Of a stretch of DNA of 64,000 bases, positions 44,182 to 57,138 are shown piece after piece. The notes below the pieces were generated by a model. It ran no database searches. It had not been told where the DNA came from and saw only the letters and a program-made list of their open reading frames with translations. The stretch is from contig OX597833.1 in assembly GCA_951406725.2 (NCBI GenBank), positions 63,984,001 to 64,048,000 on the forward strand. The letters run 5' to 3'. A program made the position numbers and the translations under genes. The first letter of the stretch is position 1; the number at the start of each line of letters is the position of its first letter. This stretch comes from Octopus vulgaris. Its lineage: Eukaryota.

Positions 44182-45067
44182 GCATCGACGTATATGTTCC
44201 GACATATGAGCTTTCAGATAAATCCTTTATTTACTCATTTAGCTTCATTCATTCCAGAGTTATTTGAATTAAAAAGAAAAAATCCTTCCATCACAGGTTG
44301 TCATTTGGTTCCATTCTCTCTCTCTCTCTCTCTCTTTCTATCTATAGCTATATATCTGTAGCTCTATGTCACATGGCAACGTTGAAGGCACATGCCAACG
44401 TTGAAAGCATATTTTATTCACATGCAATTTCCAGCATCTTTCGGCTAGCTACTCACTGCATTGTGACCAACAACACTTGTTAAAAATTGGACATTTGTTG
44501 CTGTGAATATATACAGGCAGTAGCTACCCTGGAAAATGTCGTTAGGAGCCTGGAAGACATTCAGCAGATATATAACCAGTGTTGCTGTGTTAAAAAAAAC
44601 GAAACAGATATTGCGTTCAGCGTTCGTGATTACACACACACCCACGCAGCGAATCCGATGCCTTGAAGCTGGTGTTTGGATAAGTACGAAAATAGTAATG
44701 ATCGCTAGAGACTGGCAAGAAGAAGAAGAAGAATAAATAAATAAATAATGCTCGAATTGAATCTTAGATTGTGAGTATTCGTGTGTGAGTTATGTGTGAG
44801 TATTTGATGGTGTGCAAGTGTCTATGCATGTATGTATGTATGTATGTATGTATGTATGTATGTATGTGTGTATGTATGCATGCATGTATGTATGTATGTG
44901 TGTATGTTTGGCTATATGTATGTATTATGTATGTGTGTATGTATGGGTGTATGTATGTATGGCTATATGTATGTATTTATGTATTTATGCATGTATGTAT
45001 GTATGTATGTATGTATGCATGCATGTATGTATGCATGCATGTATGTATGTATGTGTGTATGTATGGC

Positions 45068-45098
<31 letters not shown>

Positions 45099-45163
45099 GT
45101 GTATGTATGTATGTATATATGTATGTATCTGTCTAACTATCTATCTGATTATTTACCTCTCTC

Positions 45164-45195
<32 letters not shown>

Positions 45196-45362
45196 CATAC
45201 TCACATACATACATATATATACATACGTACATATATATATATGTATACATTTATTTGTATGTATTATATACGTACATTATTCATACATGTAAACATATAT
45301 ATATACATATATATATGTATATATATATATACGTGTGTGTGTGCGCATATGCACATATCTAA

Positions 45363-45420
<58 letters not shown>

Positions 45421-45928
45421 GCAAACATTTATATATTGAAAGCTTTATATACACTTTCATACATCATACACACATGCACACATATTTTTAATGATAAAGA
45501 GAAAATAAACAAACGTCAATTACAGCGAGACAGTATTCCATAAAAAGCCGTTTTTTCTTTTTTTTTGTTCCTTCTCTTTACGTATGATTGCCTTAACACG
45601 AAAAGACACGTATACAGCAACAAACAAACCGCAGAATGAACAAACAAACAACTACGATCTCTAAAACAATAAGACTAACATCATAAACACTACCACCTTG
45701 ACCTAATATCACCACAAACACGCAACAACCGAAACTGCAAATAACAGTGAAGCCAGGCGGAAGTGGTGTAATGGGAATGGCGTCAGTCAGATAGGCGGGA
45801 GATAATTTGACTTATCTGTTACACGTTACCTTTCGGAATACGCTGGTGTATTAGGTCTAACCATGCATTTAGTTGTTAGTTTGTTTGATTGTGTGTGTGT
45901 GTGTGTCTGTGTGTTTGTGAGTGAATTC

Positions 45929-46011
<83 letters not shown>

Positions 46012-46634
46012 CATATATATATATATATAAATCTTAAATCTGCTGTAATATTTACAGCTTTTAATAAAATGTTGTAGTATGAAACAATTGTACTAAATTG
46101 CCGGATCCATTCTTGTTGCTTATTTTTTTTTATTATAATCACCCCGCATATTTTTTTATGGGTAACAACATTAAAAATTCTGGTGCATCTAAATTAAGTG
46201 CCATATTCATTTGAATCTAAATTGCTGCTGAACTTATATATATATATATATATACATCAATAATAAATCTCTGAGCGAGGTATAAACAGTAGCTGCAACA
46301 CATCGTGAAGTATATATTGCCACTTAAATGTGGCTAACCCTTAAGGGTGGATGCTACTGTAGCTTTGTAGCCCCAGGAGAACACATCCTCCAGCTGGCTA
46401 TTGACACACTTTCTATCCTCCTGGGGCTACAAGCTTCAGTAGCATCCACCCTTAAGGGTTAGCCACATTTAAGTGGCAAATATACTTCACGATGTCGTGC
46501 AGCTACTGTCTATTCCTCGCTCAGAGATTTGTTATTGATTGTTTACACTTTTTCGATATCAGTGACTCTTCGTCACTGGTAAAAGGATATATTTGCAAAG
46601 GGAGGCCTACTTTTCATCGACACCTCATGATTGT

Positions 46635-46679
46635 CACACGATGATGACGGGTTAATACTCAGGAACTCGAGTCCGTGTG
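46635..46679 (+). ncRNA. Type I hammerhead ribozyme, copy 1 (stems intact, core mutated)
   Basis: cacacg ATGATGA cgggttaatactca GGAA ctcgag TC^ cgtgtg; palindromic stem III ACTCGAGT. Confidence 0.75.
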
Positions 46680-46974
46680 TATCATAGGTTGAAGGCCGGA
46701 AGGATAGCTTCCCTTTACAAATATTGATAGGGCACAGAAAGTGTGTCAATAGCCAGATGGAGGAGGTGTCCTCCTGGGGCTACAAGCTACAGCAGCATCT
46801 ACACTTAGTGGGTAGCCACATTTAAGTGGCAAATATACTTCAGATTGTCGTGCAGCTTCTGTTTATACCTCGCTCAGAGATTTGTTATTGCTTGCTTACA
46901 CTTTTTTGATATCAGTGACTCTTCGTCACTGGTAAAAGGATATATATTTGCAAAGGGAGGCCTACTTTTCATCG

Positions 46975-47020
46975 ACACTGGCTGATGACGCGTCAATATC
47001 CAGAAAGTCGAGTCCGTGTG
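46975..47020 (+). ncRNA. Type I hammerhead ribozyme, copy 2 (core intact, stems damaged)
   Basis: acactgg CTGATGA cgcgtcaatatcca GAAA gtcgag TC^ cgtgtg. Confidence 0.75.
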
Positions 47021-47185
47021 TATCATAGGTTGAAGATAGGAAGGATGGCTTCCCTTTGCAAATACTGATAGGACACAGAAAATGAGTCAAGAGCCAGCTG
47101 GAGGAGGTGTCCTCCTGGGGATACAAGCTACAGTAGCATCAACCCTGAGGGGTTAGCGACATTTAAGTGGCAAATATACTTCATG

Positions 47186-47282
<97 letters not shown>

Positions 47283-47291
47283 GTATGTATG

Positions 47292-47342
<51 letters not shown>

Positions 47343-47563
47343 TGTTTTACACGTGTCAGTCATTTGACTGCGGCTATGCTGGAGTATCGTCTACAGTCGA
47401 TGAAATCGACCCCTGGACGCATTCTTTGTAAGCGTAGTACTAATGTTATCCGTGTCTTTCGGCAAACCACAAAGTTGCGGTGACATAGACACACCAACAC
47501 CAGTCGTAAAGCGATGGTGGAATGGGGGGATAAACACAGACATAAAGGCACACACTCATAAAT

Positions 47564-47624
<61 letters not shown>

Positions 47625-47778
47625 TATACTGAACGGGCTTCTTTCGGTTTCCGTCTACCATTGGCTAGGCTTTAGTCTGTCTGATTCTGTAATAGAAACA
47701 TTTGCCGAAAGTGTCACGCAATGGGACTGAACCCAGAAACTTGCGGTTGGAAAGAAAGCCTCTTACCACACAGCCAAG
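47343..47778 (-). mobile_element. Diverged SINE family A
   Basis: Tail CAGTCATTTGACTGCGGCTATGCTGGAG; head TTACCACACAGCCA. Confidence 0.8.
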
Positions 47779-47933
47779 TCTATAATATGTGTGTGTGCGG
47801 GTGTGTGTATGAGTGTGTGCGTGTGTGTGTGTGTGTGTGTGTAGTACACACACAATAAATACCTGCATACAGGTCATATATATGTTTTAAAAATCCAGGA
47901 ATGTAAATACACACTCACCTGCTCATACGCATA

Positions 47934-47980
<47 letters not shown>

Positions 47981-48331
47981 TCTCTCAATCACTCACACAC
48001 ACAAATACTGAGTATACAATCCACACATCATAAAGAAGAATGAAGAATTTTGCATCTTCAAAGTTTATTTATTAATTGAGTTATTTGTTCCAAATTCCAT
48101 TCTGACACGTGTTTCCGCCGTATAAGACTTCTTTCGTCCTCTGATGTAGCACTTAGGTGCATTCAGTTGCTTTACATTAAATCAATTCCAGGTAATTACG
48201 ATACACCTTTAACTCCAAAGGTTTGACAATCAATACTATGCAAACCTTGAAAAAAAAAAGCCACGTAATATCGTCAGCCTTTGGGTTTAAATGCGTATTT
48301 CAGTCGGTCTCTCTGTTTGTCTGTCACTCTG

Positions 48332-48383
<52 letters not shown>

Positions 48384-48387
48384 TATA

Positions 48388-48568
48388 ACGGGAAGGTTTA
48401 CGAAAATAAACAAAAGAAGAAGGCAGGTGGAGTACAAACAAATAAATATATTAGTATGGCGCTCAGGAATAGAAATAGAACAAGTCTTTTACGTTTCGAG
48501 CCTACGCTCTTCGACAGAAAGATACACAGAAAAGAAACAAGGTGAGACAAAAATGCGTGTAGGAGATA
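48388..48568 (-). mobile_element. Short (TA)n-embedded element with a minimal hammerhead at 48485-48522
   Basis: Minus strand: tcttt CTGTCGA a gagc-gtag-gctc GAAA cg TA^ aaaga; homologous to 61045-61215. Confidence 0.75.
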
Positions 48569-48894
48569 TACATGTATATATATTTGTGTGTGTATGTGGT
48601 GTGTATGTATGTGTGTGTCTGTGTTGCACTATACACGTTTGCAAATATGGAATGGGTTTTTTTATACCCCAGGCATAAAAATATAAGTACGATTATTAAG
48701 TTCTCGAAGGCGGTGCCCCAGCCTGGCCGCAGTCAGATGACTGAAACAAGTAAAGGATAAAAGATAAAGGATACATAATTATGTTCAATTATTGTATATT
48801 CTAGTTAAAATCATATTTACAGACTCACACATACAAACTCACATATGTATATATACATATATACACACAGGCGTCCACATACATAGTATATTTA

Positions 48895-49260
48895 TACACA
48901 ACAGGGGCCCACTGCATTTCGCCAAATATCCCAGCATCGCCATCAAAATACAAGACAATATACTGTAACAGCTTGGATTCCAAGGGCCCACAGCACTTCA
49001 GTATCCTTGCAAAAGGCCTGAGAGACCTGCGTTGTGTGGATGTAAGTTTCTTTAAAACAAAACTGGATTTCTTCCTGTCAAAGGTTCCAGACAAGCCTAC
49101 TTCAAGGTAGGACACACAGATGGGGGCAGCGGCATCAAACTGCTTTATTATCCAAGTGCCACATATCAGAGACGGTTTCGAATAATGGTGTAGCACAGTC
49201 AATGGTGGTGCTCCAGCATGACCGCAGCTTTGAAGCTGAAACATTTTAAAGATTTAAAGA
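48895..49260 (+). pseudogene. 3' end of a CR1/L2-group LINE (ORF2 C-terminus and 3' UTR)
   Basis: Plus frame NSLDSKGPQHFSILAKGLRDLRCVDVSFFKTKLDFFLSKVPDKP resembles the 'FN.LP..FK.KLD.FL..VPD.P' terminus; ends (TTTAAAGA)2. Confidence 0.8.
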
Positions 49261-49275
49261 ATTATACACCCACAC

Positions 49276-49779
49276 TTCCGCCGATGTCGACTTTGCCTTT
49301 CATCCTTTCGGGGGTCGATAAATTAAGTACCAGTTACGGACTGGGGTCGATCTAATCGACTTAATCTCTTTGTCCCCTCTATGTTTAGCCCCTTGTGGGT
49401 AGTAAAGAAATAGGTATTTCGTCTGCCGCTACGTTCTGAGTTCAAATTCCGCCGATGTCGACTTTGCCATTCATCCTTTCGGGGTCGATAAATTAAGTAC
49501 CAGTTACGGACTGGGGTCGATCTAATCGACTTAATCTCTTTGTCTGTCCTTGTTTGTCCCCTCTATGTTTATCCCCTTGTGGGTAGTAAAGAAATAGGTA
49601 TTTCGTCTGCCGCTACGTTCTGAGTTCAAATTCTGCCGATGTCGACTTTGCCTTTCATCCTTTCGGGGTCGATAAATTAAGTACCAGTTACGGACTGGGG
49701 TCGATCTAATCGACTTAATCTCTTTGTCTGTCCTTGTTTGTCCCCTCCGTCTTTATCTCCTTGTGGCCAATAAAGAAAT
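49276..49779 (+). mobile_element. 5'-truncated SINE family B trimer with TSD
   Basis: AAGAATTATACAC at 49257-49269 and 49780-49792. Confidence 0.88.
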
Positions 49780-50469
49780 AAGAATTATACACACACACAC
49801 ACACATACACATATAGGCTTCCATATACATAAATCCCGATGGAAAAATCTGCACGACTTTGCATTTAGGTGGATTGTCTTTTATTACAATTCAGCTTATT
49901 ACGCAAACATTACATGCCCAGGTAGAAAAACCTGCTTACAGACGCATATAATGTATCCCTTCAAACACATCTTCATCAGCATCTCTCCTTATACATCTGC
50001 GTCCCCTTTTACATTGCACCAGTTGTCTCAGACAAAAATAAACGCAACAATTTAATGATTTGTTAAGCAAAGAAGAAATAAGAATCGATTAGAAAATCGT
50101 ATTGTTTGTTTGTCCACCAAATGAACTCTTTTGTCATTTGTATGCAGCTTCGTTTATTTTTTTCCCTTCTCCCTTCGAATTCTCTCCTCAATCTCTCACA
50201 CTCTCTGTCATTCTCTTTTTCCCTAAATCATCCACTTTATTCTCTCTCTCTCTCTATCTATCTATCTATTTATATCTCTATCTGCTATGGAATATTTGTA
50301 CTAAAAACATGAAGCTTCATCAGGAAAAATTAACTTCATTATATTCAAACATGCGACTGGGAATTGAATCTTCCTTACGACATATTACGACATGCACACA
50401 CACACACACATGCACACTCATACAAATATATCAAATATATATGAATATGTATATTTATGTATGTACATA

Positions 50470-50512
<43 letters not shown>

Positions 50513-50606
50513 CATGTATATATTTTCATATACGTACATATGTATATATATATGTATGTATATATGTATATATTGTATATTATGTACGCATACATACATA
50601 CATACA

Positions 50607-50645
<39 letters not shown>

Positions 50646-50755
50646 ATATTTATATACGTACATATGAATACATATATGTATGTATATATGTATATATTTA
50701 TATATATATGTATATGTATAGATACATAATGTATACATATATATACATACATACT

Positions 50756-50797
<42 letters not shown>

Positions 50798-50939
50798 TGC
50801 ATGTATATAATTTCATATACGTACATATGAATACATATATGTATGTATATACGTATATATTATATATTATGTATATATATATATGTGTGTGTATATATAT
50901 AAATATATATATACATATATATATACATACATGTATAAT

Positions 50940-50971
<32 letters not shown>

Positions 50972-51424
50972 ATATATATATATATGCATATGTGCATGTG
51001 TATGTATACACGTAAAAATCTATGTATCAAGATGGCGATTACCGCAAAAAAAGACGACAGCACAGGAGGAAGACGTCTTAGGGAATGTTATATAATACGT
51101 ACCTCTAATATGTACTTGATGCAAGTCGCATAAAAAAAGTGATTGCGTTCATACCCTGTTAATGAACTGCTGAATGGAACATGGTATTTTAGTCCTATTT
51201 GTTGTCTGCAGTTTTTTCCACAGCAATCGCTTAAATGTCTCCTCACCGTTAAATGCAGTGCAGAATCATGTCAACTGCTTTTTTGCGCACACAAGTATAT
51301 TTTGACATGACCAATACAAATAAATGTAACGTTTATTTCCCGATTGCCCCACCATTTCTTTTGTCAAAAGAAAGCGAACATTTTTAATTGACTTTCTTAA
51401 TGGAAATCAAAATCGTTTTGCTTC

Positions 51425-51660
51425 GTGGATTCTCTTTTCCCTAATCTGATGTCTCTGACTCATCGTCGAAATGTATCTGCGTTGTGTCGTTTCTATAAAT
51501 ATTGCCACGCCATTGCTCTGATGAACGTTCTGTTCCAGTACTTTCTATCAGATATTGTAAACGTGATTCTCGCTTCCCTACAAGGTGCCAAATTCTTCCT
51601 TCGAACTTCCTCTTATTCCTGTCTTCTGCAAACATCGTCTCAAACATTGTCTCAAAAAGG
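51425..51660 (+). pseudogene. Degraded LINE ORF2 C-terminal fragment (CR1/L2/Jockey group)
   Basis: SLTHRRNVSALCRFYKYCH..HCSDE resembles the 'L.HRR.V..L..FY.Y..G.CS.EL' post-RT motif. Confidence 0.6.
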
Positions 51661-52114
51661 AAACTGATAATGCTGTGCGGGTCGGTATTGGACTGACCAA
51701 GTAGTCACATAACTAATGTCTTCTCGACATGGCTCCAGACGCGCTGGACAAGCAATACTCAGCAACAACGGGAAAGTGAATCACTCGGTGTGCCACAAAA
51801 AAGATTCTACGTAGATGTATTTCCAATAAATTTGCGGTGGATGATAAAATTCTATTCAAATTTTGGGACAAGGCCGGCAATTTCGGGGCCGAGTGCAAGT
51901 CGATTATGTCGACCCCAACGGGCAAGTGATAATTATTTCATCGATATCGCAAGGATGGAAGGCAAAGTCGACCTTGGCAAGATTTGAACTCAGAACGTAA
52001 CGGCAGACGAAATACCGCTAAGTATTTCGCCCGGCGTGCTAAACACACCAACATCGGGTATCAAGCAATGATGAGGGGTCAAACACAGACACACAACCAT
52101 ATACACACACATAC

Positions 52115-52180
<66 letters not shown>

Positions 52181-52456
52181 GTATGTGTGTGTGTACATAT
52201 ATAATATGTATATATATATGTACATATATATATGTGTATATAAATATATATATATATATGTATATATATATGTATGTGTGTGTGTACATATATAATATGT
52301 ATATATATATGTACATATATATATGTGTATATAAATATATATATATATATGTATATATATATGTATGTGTGTGTACATATATAATATGTATATATATATG
52401 TACATATATATATGTGTATATAAATATATATACATATATGTATATGTATAGATATA

Positions 52457-52538
<82 letters not shown>

Positions 52539-52938
52539 TGTATATATGCACACATGCTTATATATGTGTGCTCACGGCTCAAAGTGTACGTTCTCTATGC
52601 GTGTATATGTCTGCACGTGTGTGTATGTGTGCACATGTGTATGCGTGTGTGTATGTGTCTGTGTGTGTGTGTGTGTGTCATTAAGCACATAATTAACTTC
52701 CTCATTATGGTCGTAGCTTTCGTCGTCACAATTAAAAGATGATTAATTATTTTCTACCGAAGACAGTAATGCAACTGATACATGTTTAATTATTTAAGAT
52801 TTGTGATATGAACCTGGCATTTCTATTTATTTATTAGACACACCTTCTACTGACGACAATATATAGGTGTATATGCCAAGAACATTGCGTGTATCTTTGT
52901 ATATATATATATATATATATATAATAATAAATATTAGG

Positions 52939-53035
<97 letters not shown>

Positions 53036-53497
53036 GAAATATGTATGTAGAAGTCGGTGTGTGTTTATATATGTATGTCTATAAATAGATGTGAGTTCAT
53101 GTGCTTCGACATGTGTGAGCGTTGTAGGTATATATGCATATTTTTGTAAGCATATATACATATTTAAGCATATATTATACATATATACATAGATACACAC
53201 AAACATACACATATATATTTATGGATATGTATATCTATATGTATATATACATTTGAATATATATATATATATATTATACTCATATATAAATGTATATATA
53301 TATATATATAAATGTATATATATATATATATATAATGTATATATATATATAAATGTATATATATATATATATAAATACATATAAATATAAATACATATAT
53401 AAATATATATGTATATATATATAACAATATATATACATACATATATATACATATATATGTTTATATATAAATATATACTTTATATATATATATATGC

Positions 53498-53589
<92 letters not shown>

Positions 53590-54033
53590 GTCTGTGTGTG
53601 TGAGAGAGAGAGAGTGTGTGTGTGTGTGTATATGGGTGTAAATGAAGAAATTTTTACGTTAGAGAATTCTTTTACTTGTTGCAATAATGCAGATAAAAAT
53701 GCAGATAAAAATGTCTAATTAAGAAAGTTTAATCGCCGGAGTTTTGGCGTAAAGAGGCCCAAAGAGTGACAGGGAAATGTTGAGGAAAGGTGTCTTAATT
53801 TCACTCTTCATCGAGTCGATTTAATTGGAGGAAAAAAAAACATCGATTCTATGTTTCTTAAAAAGAGAAAAAAACAAGTGTTTCAAAACGTTTACCTACT
53901 TCAGGACAGATGATTGTACGAACGGTAAGAAATGCGAACATGTTGTTATCATACCATTGCACGTCTGCATGCACATACCGAAAAACTCAGACACATACAC
54001 ATGTATACAAATCTATATGAGGATAATGCTTAA

Positions 54034-54069
<36 letters not shown>

Positions 54070-54176
54070 TTATATCCATATGCATAAATATATATAACCA
54101 TATGTATAAATATAGGCAATCATTACACACACATATATATATATATACAGATTCATACATACTTACATACATATAA

Positions 54177-54207
<31 letters not shown>

Positions 54208-54491
54208 GTTATCGCCATAATAATATGGCAGTCTTATAAATATAAGACTAAAGCTGTCGCTGATTAGCTCCAAGAGGCCACCGCCTCTAGCTAGCTATTT
54301 GACACACAACCTGCGTCCATTACAAACCTTCGAACAGGGAGATCAGCCGCTTCATCCTGCTAGTCAGACAGCTGCAGACATGTTTCAGGGCTGTTGCCCT
54401 TTATCAATGCAGCGTAGTCAGACCCGCAGGCGTCGCTACTGACCGTCTCTGTTGGAAGACTTTAGAGAGACTTAATAATCTAAAATATTTC

Positions 54492-54495
<4 letters not shown>
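54208..54495 (-). mobile_element. Solo retrozyme-like monomer (~290 bp) in (TA)n, structurally homologous to the 46.3-47.2 kb unit
   Basis: Hammerhead at the tip of a long stem, followed by the shared motif at 54265-54317 and a terminal GCCA..TGGC hairpin. Confidence 0.8.
54371..54413 (-). ncRNA. Type I hammerhead ribozyme, U3-A8 core variant with all stems perfect
   Basis: Minus strand: gcugca UUGAUAA agggc-aaca-gcccu GAAA caug UC^ ugcagc; palindromic stem III ACAUGU. Confidence 0.85.
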
Positions 54496-54541
<46 letters not shown>

Positions 54542-54612
54542 TTGTTTTGCATCAATAATATAGAAAATCTCTTCCGAGTCACTCAAAAGAATATACATTC
54601 ACACACACACAC

Positions 54613-54677
<65 letters not shown>

Positions 54678-54715
54678 ATATACATATATATATAATATAT
54701 ATATATATATAATAT

Positions 54716-55114
<399 letters not shown>

Positions 55115-55515
55115 GATGGTTTTCTGAAAATGAAATTTAATGGTAGTTATGGTTTGCACTGTTTTTAAATTAAGTTGATTTAAATCAAAATTAAATTTTA
55201 TTATTTGTCACAATTATATAATTATACATTTGATGGTGTTTATCTAAATGAAACAGGCTTGGAATAGAATTAAAACATGAAATATGTTTATGCTTTGCTT
55301 CTCTTATGCGAACGAAACCAGTTACTCTTAAATGTCATTATGTATTTTTCCGATTATGTATTTTTCATGCAAGTCGATTACAACAGAATTCATGACGAAG
55401 AAAGCATCTCGCGGAGTTTTAATGATTCCTTATTTAGTGAGATGTTTATTACCGTGGGGTTTACTCTTTGATGTTTATACGGCAACTCTGTTTATGAACA
55501 TATATATTACACACA

Positions 55516-55546
<31 letters not shown>

Positions 55547-55657
55547 GTGCACACAGGAACACATACACAAACATGACATAGTTACACACATAACAACACA
55601 TATACACACATAAACACACACAAATACAAATATGAAGATCAAATATTCGTGCTTGCT

Positions 55658-56121
55658 AAAGGCGGCGAGCTGGCAGAAACGTTAGCACGCCGGGCGAAAT
55701 GCTTAGCAGTAATTCGTCTGCCACTACGTTCTGAGTTCAAATCTCGCCGAGGTCGACTTTGCCTTTCATCCTTTCGAGGTCGATAAAATAAGTACCAGTT
55801 ACGCACTGGGGTCGATATAATCGACTTAATCCGTTTGTCTGTCCTTGTTTGTCCTCTCTGTGCTTAGTCCCTTGTGGGTAGTAAAGAAATAGGTATTTCG
55901 TCTGCCGTTATGTTCTGAGTTCAAATTTCGCCGAGGTCGACTTTGCCTTTCATCCTTTTGGGGTCGATAAAATAAGTACCAGTTACGCACTGGAGTAGAT
56001 ATAATCGACTTAATCCGTTTATCTGTCCTTGTTTGTCCTCTCTGTGTTTAGCCACTTGATGGTAGTAAAGAAATAGGTATTTCGTCTGCCGCTACGTTCT
56101 GAGTTCAAATTCCGTCGAGGT
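55658..56121 (+). mobile_element. SINE family B array (head plus two bodies plus a partial third)
   Basis: Junction AAAGAAATAG|GTATTTCGTCTGCCG occurs twice. Confidence 0.88.
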
Positions 56122-56742
56122 AGAGTATGAATTATCTGATAAGTTCCGTCAAAATGAAACCGGTCGTTACTAGCGGTTTCTTGAGACACCAATTTCATCA
56201 TCTTCGTCAGTGAGACATACTAAACCCTCAACCAAGGCCCCACCAAAAAACAATATCATTACCACCGTCTTTACTGACCAAAGGTGATTCCAACGTCTTG
56301 AGGTATATGACTTTACATATTGAGTTAGTAATCAAGATGTGTTTGTGCTCCTTTAGTGTTAGATACGGCTTTTGGTTATTGAAGATATCCATTCGATCGT
56401 TATATTCAAATAGTGCAGCAATAAACGTATTCGAAACATACTTTGTAGAAGCTTCCTTGTTTTAGTTAGTTTTCTTTTCAGCTTGACGAATTCAATTATG
56501 TATAACCTTTACAATTCCCCACCTCACACACACTTAAGAAAGCCTTTGTTCGTAAGAACAAAGCAAAGCAAAGTCTTAATAAAGAAGTTGATGCTTTGAA
56601 CACAGAGTAACGATTTGTAATTCAAAGAATGTTAACAAAATTGCGACTTTTGATTCTTTCAGAGGAGAAATAATCGGAAGGAACCAAACTGCAGTTTGTT
56701 AGCAATCTTTGAACCATACCTACATACGTACGAACATATTCC

Positions 56743-56829
<87 letters not shown>

Positions 56830-56990
56830 TTATATATATATATATACATCTGTGTGTGTGTGTATGCGTGTGCCACGGGCATATATGAACATGTGTCGGC
56901 AAATATATATATATGTATATATATCTATGTATATGTATATGTATATATATATATATGTATATACATATATATATGTATATATATGTATAC

Positions 56991-57021
<31 letters not shown>

Positions 57022-57059
57022 CATATAAATATGTATATATATACATATATATATATATG

Positions 57060-57138
<79 letters not shown>

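Larger units (their letters stand above)
46256..47186 (+). mobile_element. Retrozyme-like / Penelope pLTR-like array: inverted arm plus ~2.2 tandem 341-353 bp hammerhead monomers in (TA)n
   Basis: Direct repeats start TCCTCCTGGGG at 46416, 46769 and 47110; 46256-46414 is the reverse complement of part of the unit; one hammerhead per full unit. Confidence 0.85.

Noticed and set aside
56165-56220. Minus-strand CTGACGA..GAAA..GTA hammerhead candidate
   Set aside because: Stems I and II do not pair convincingly
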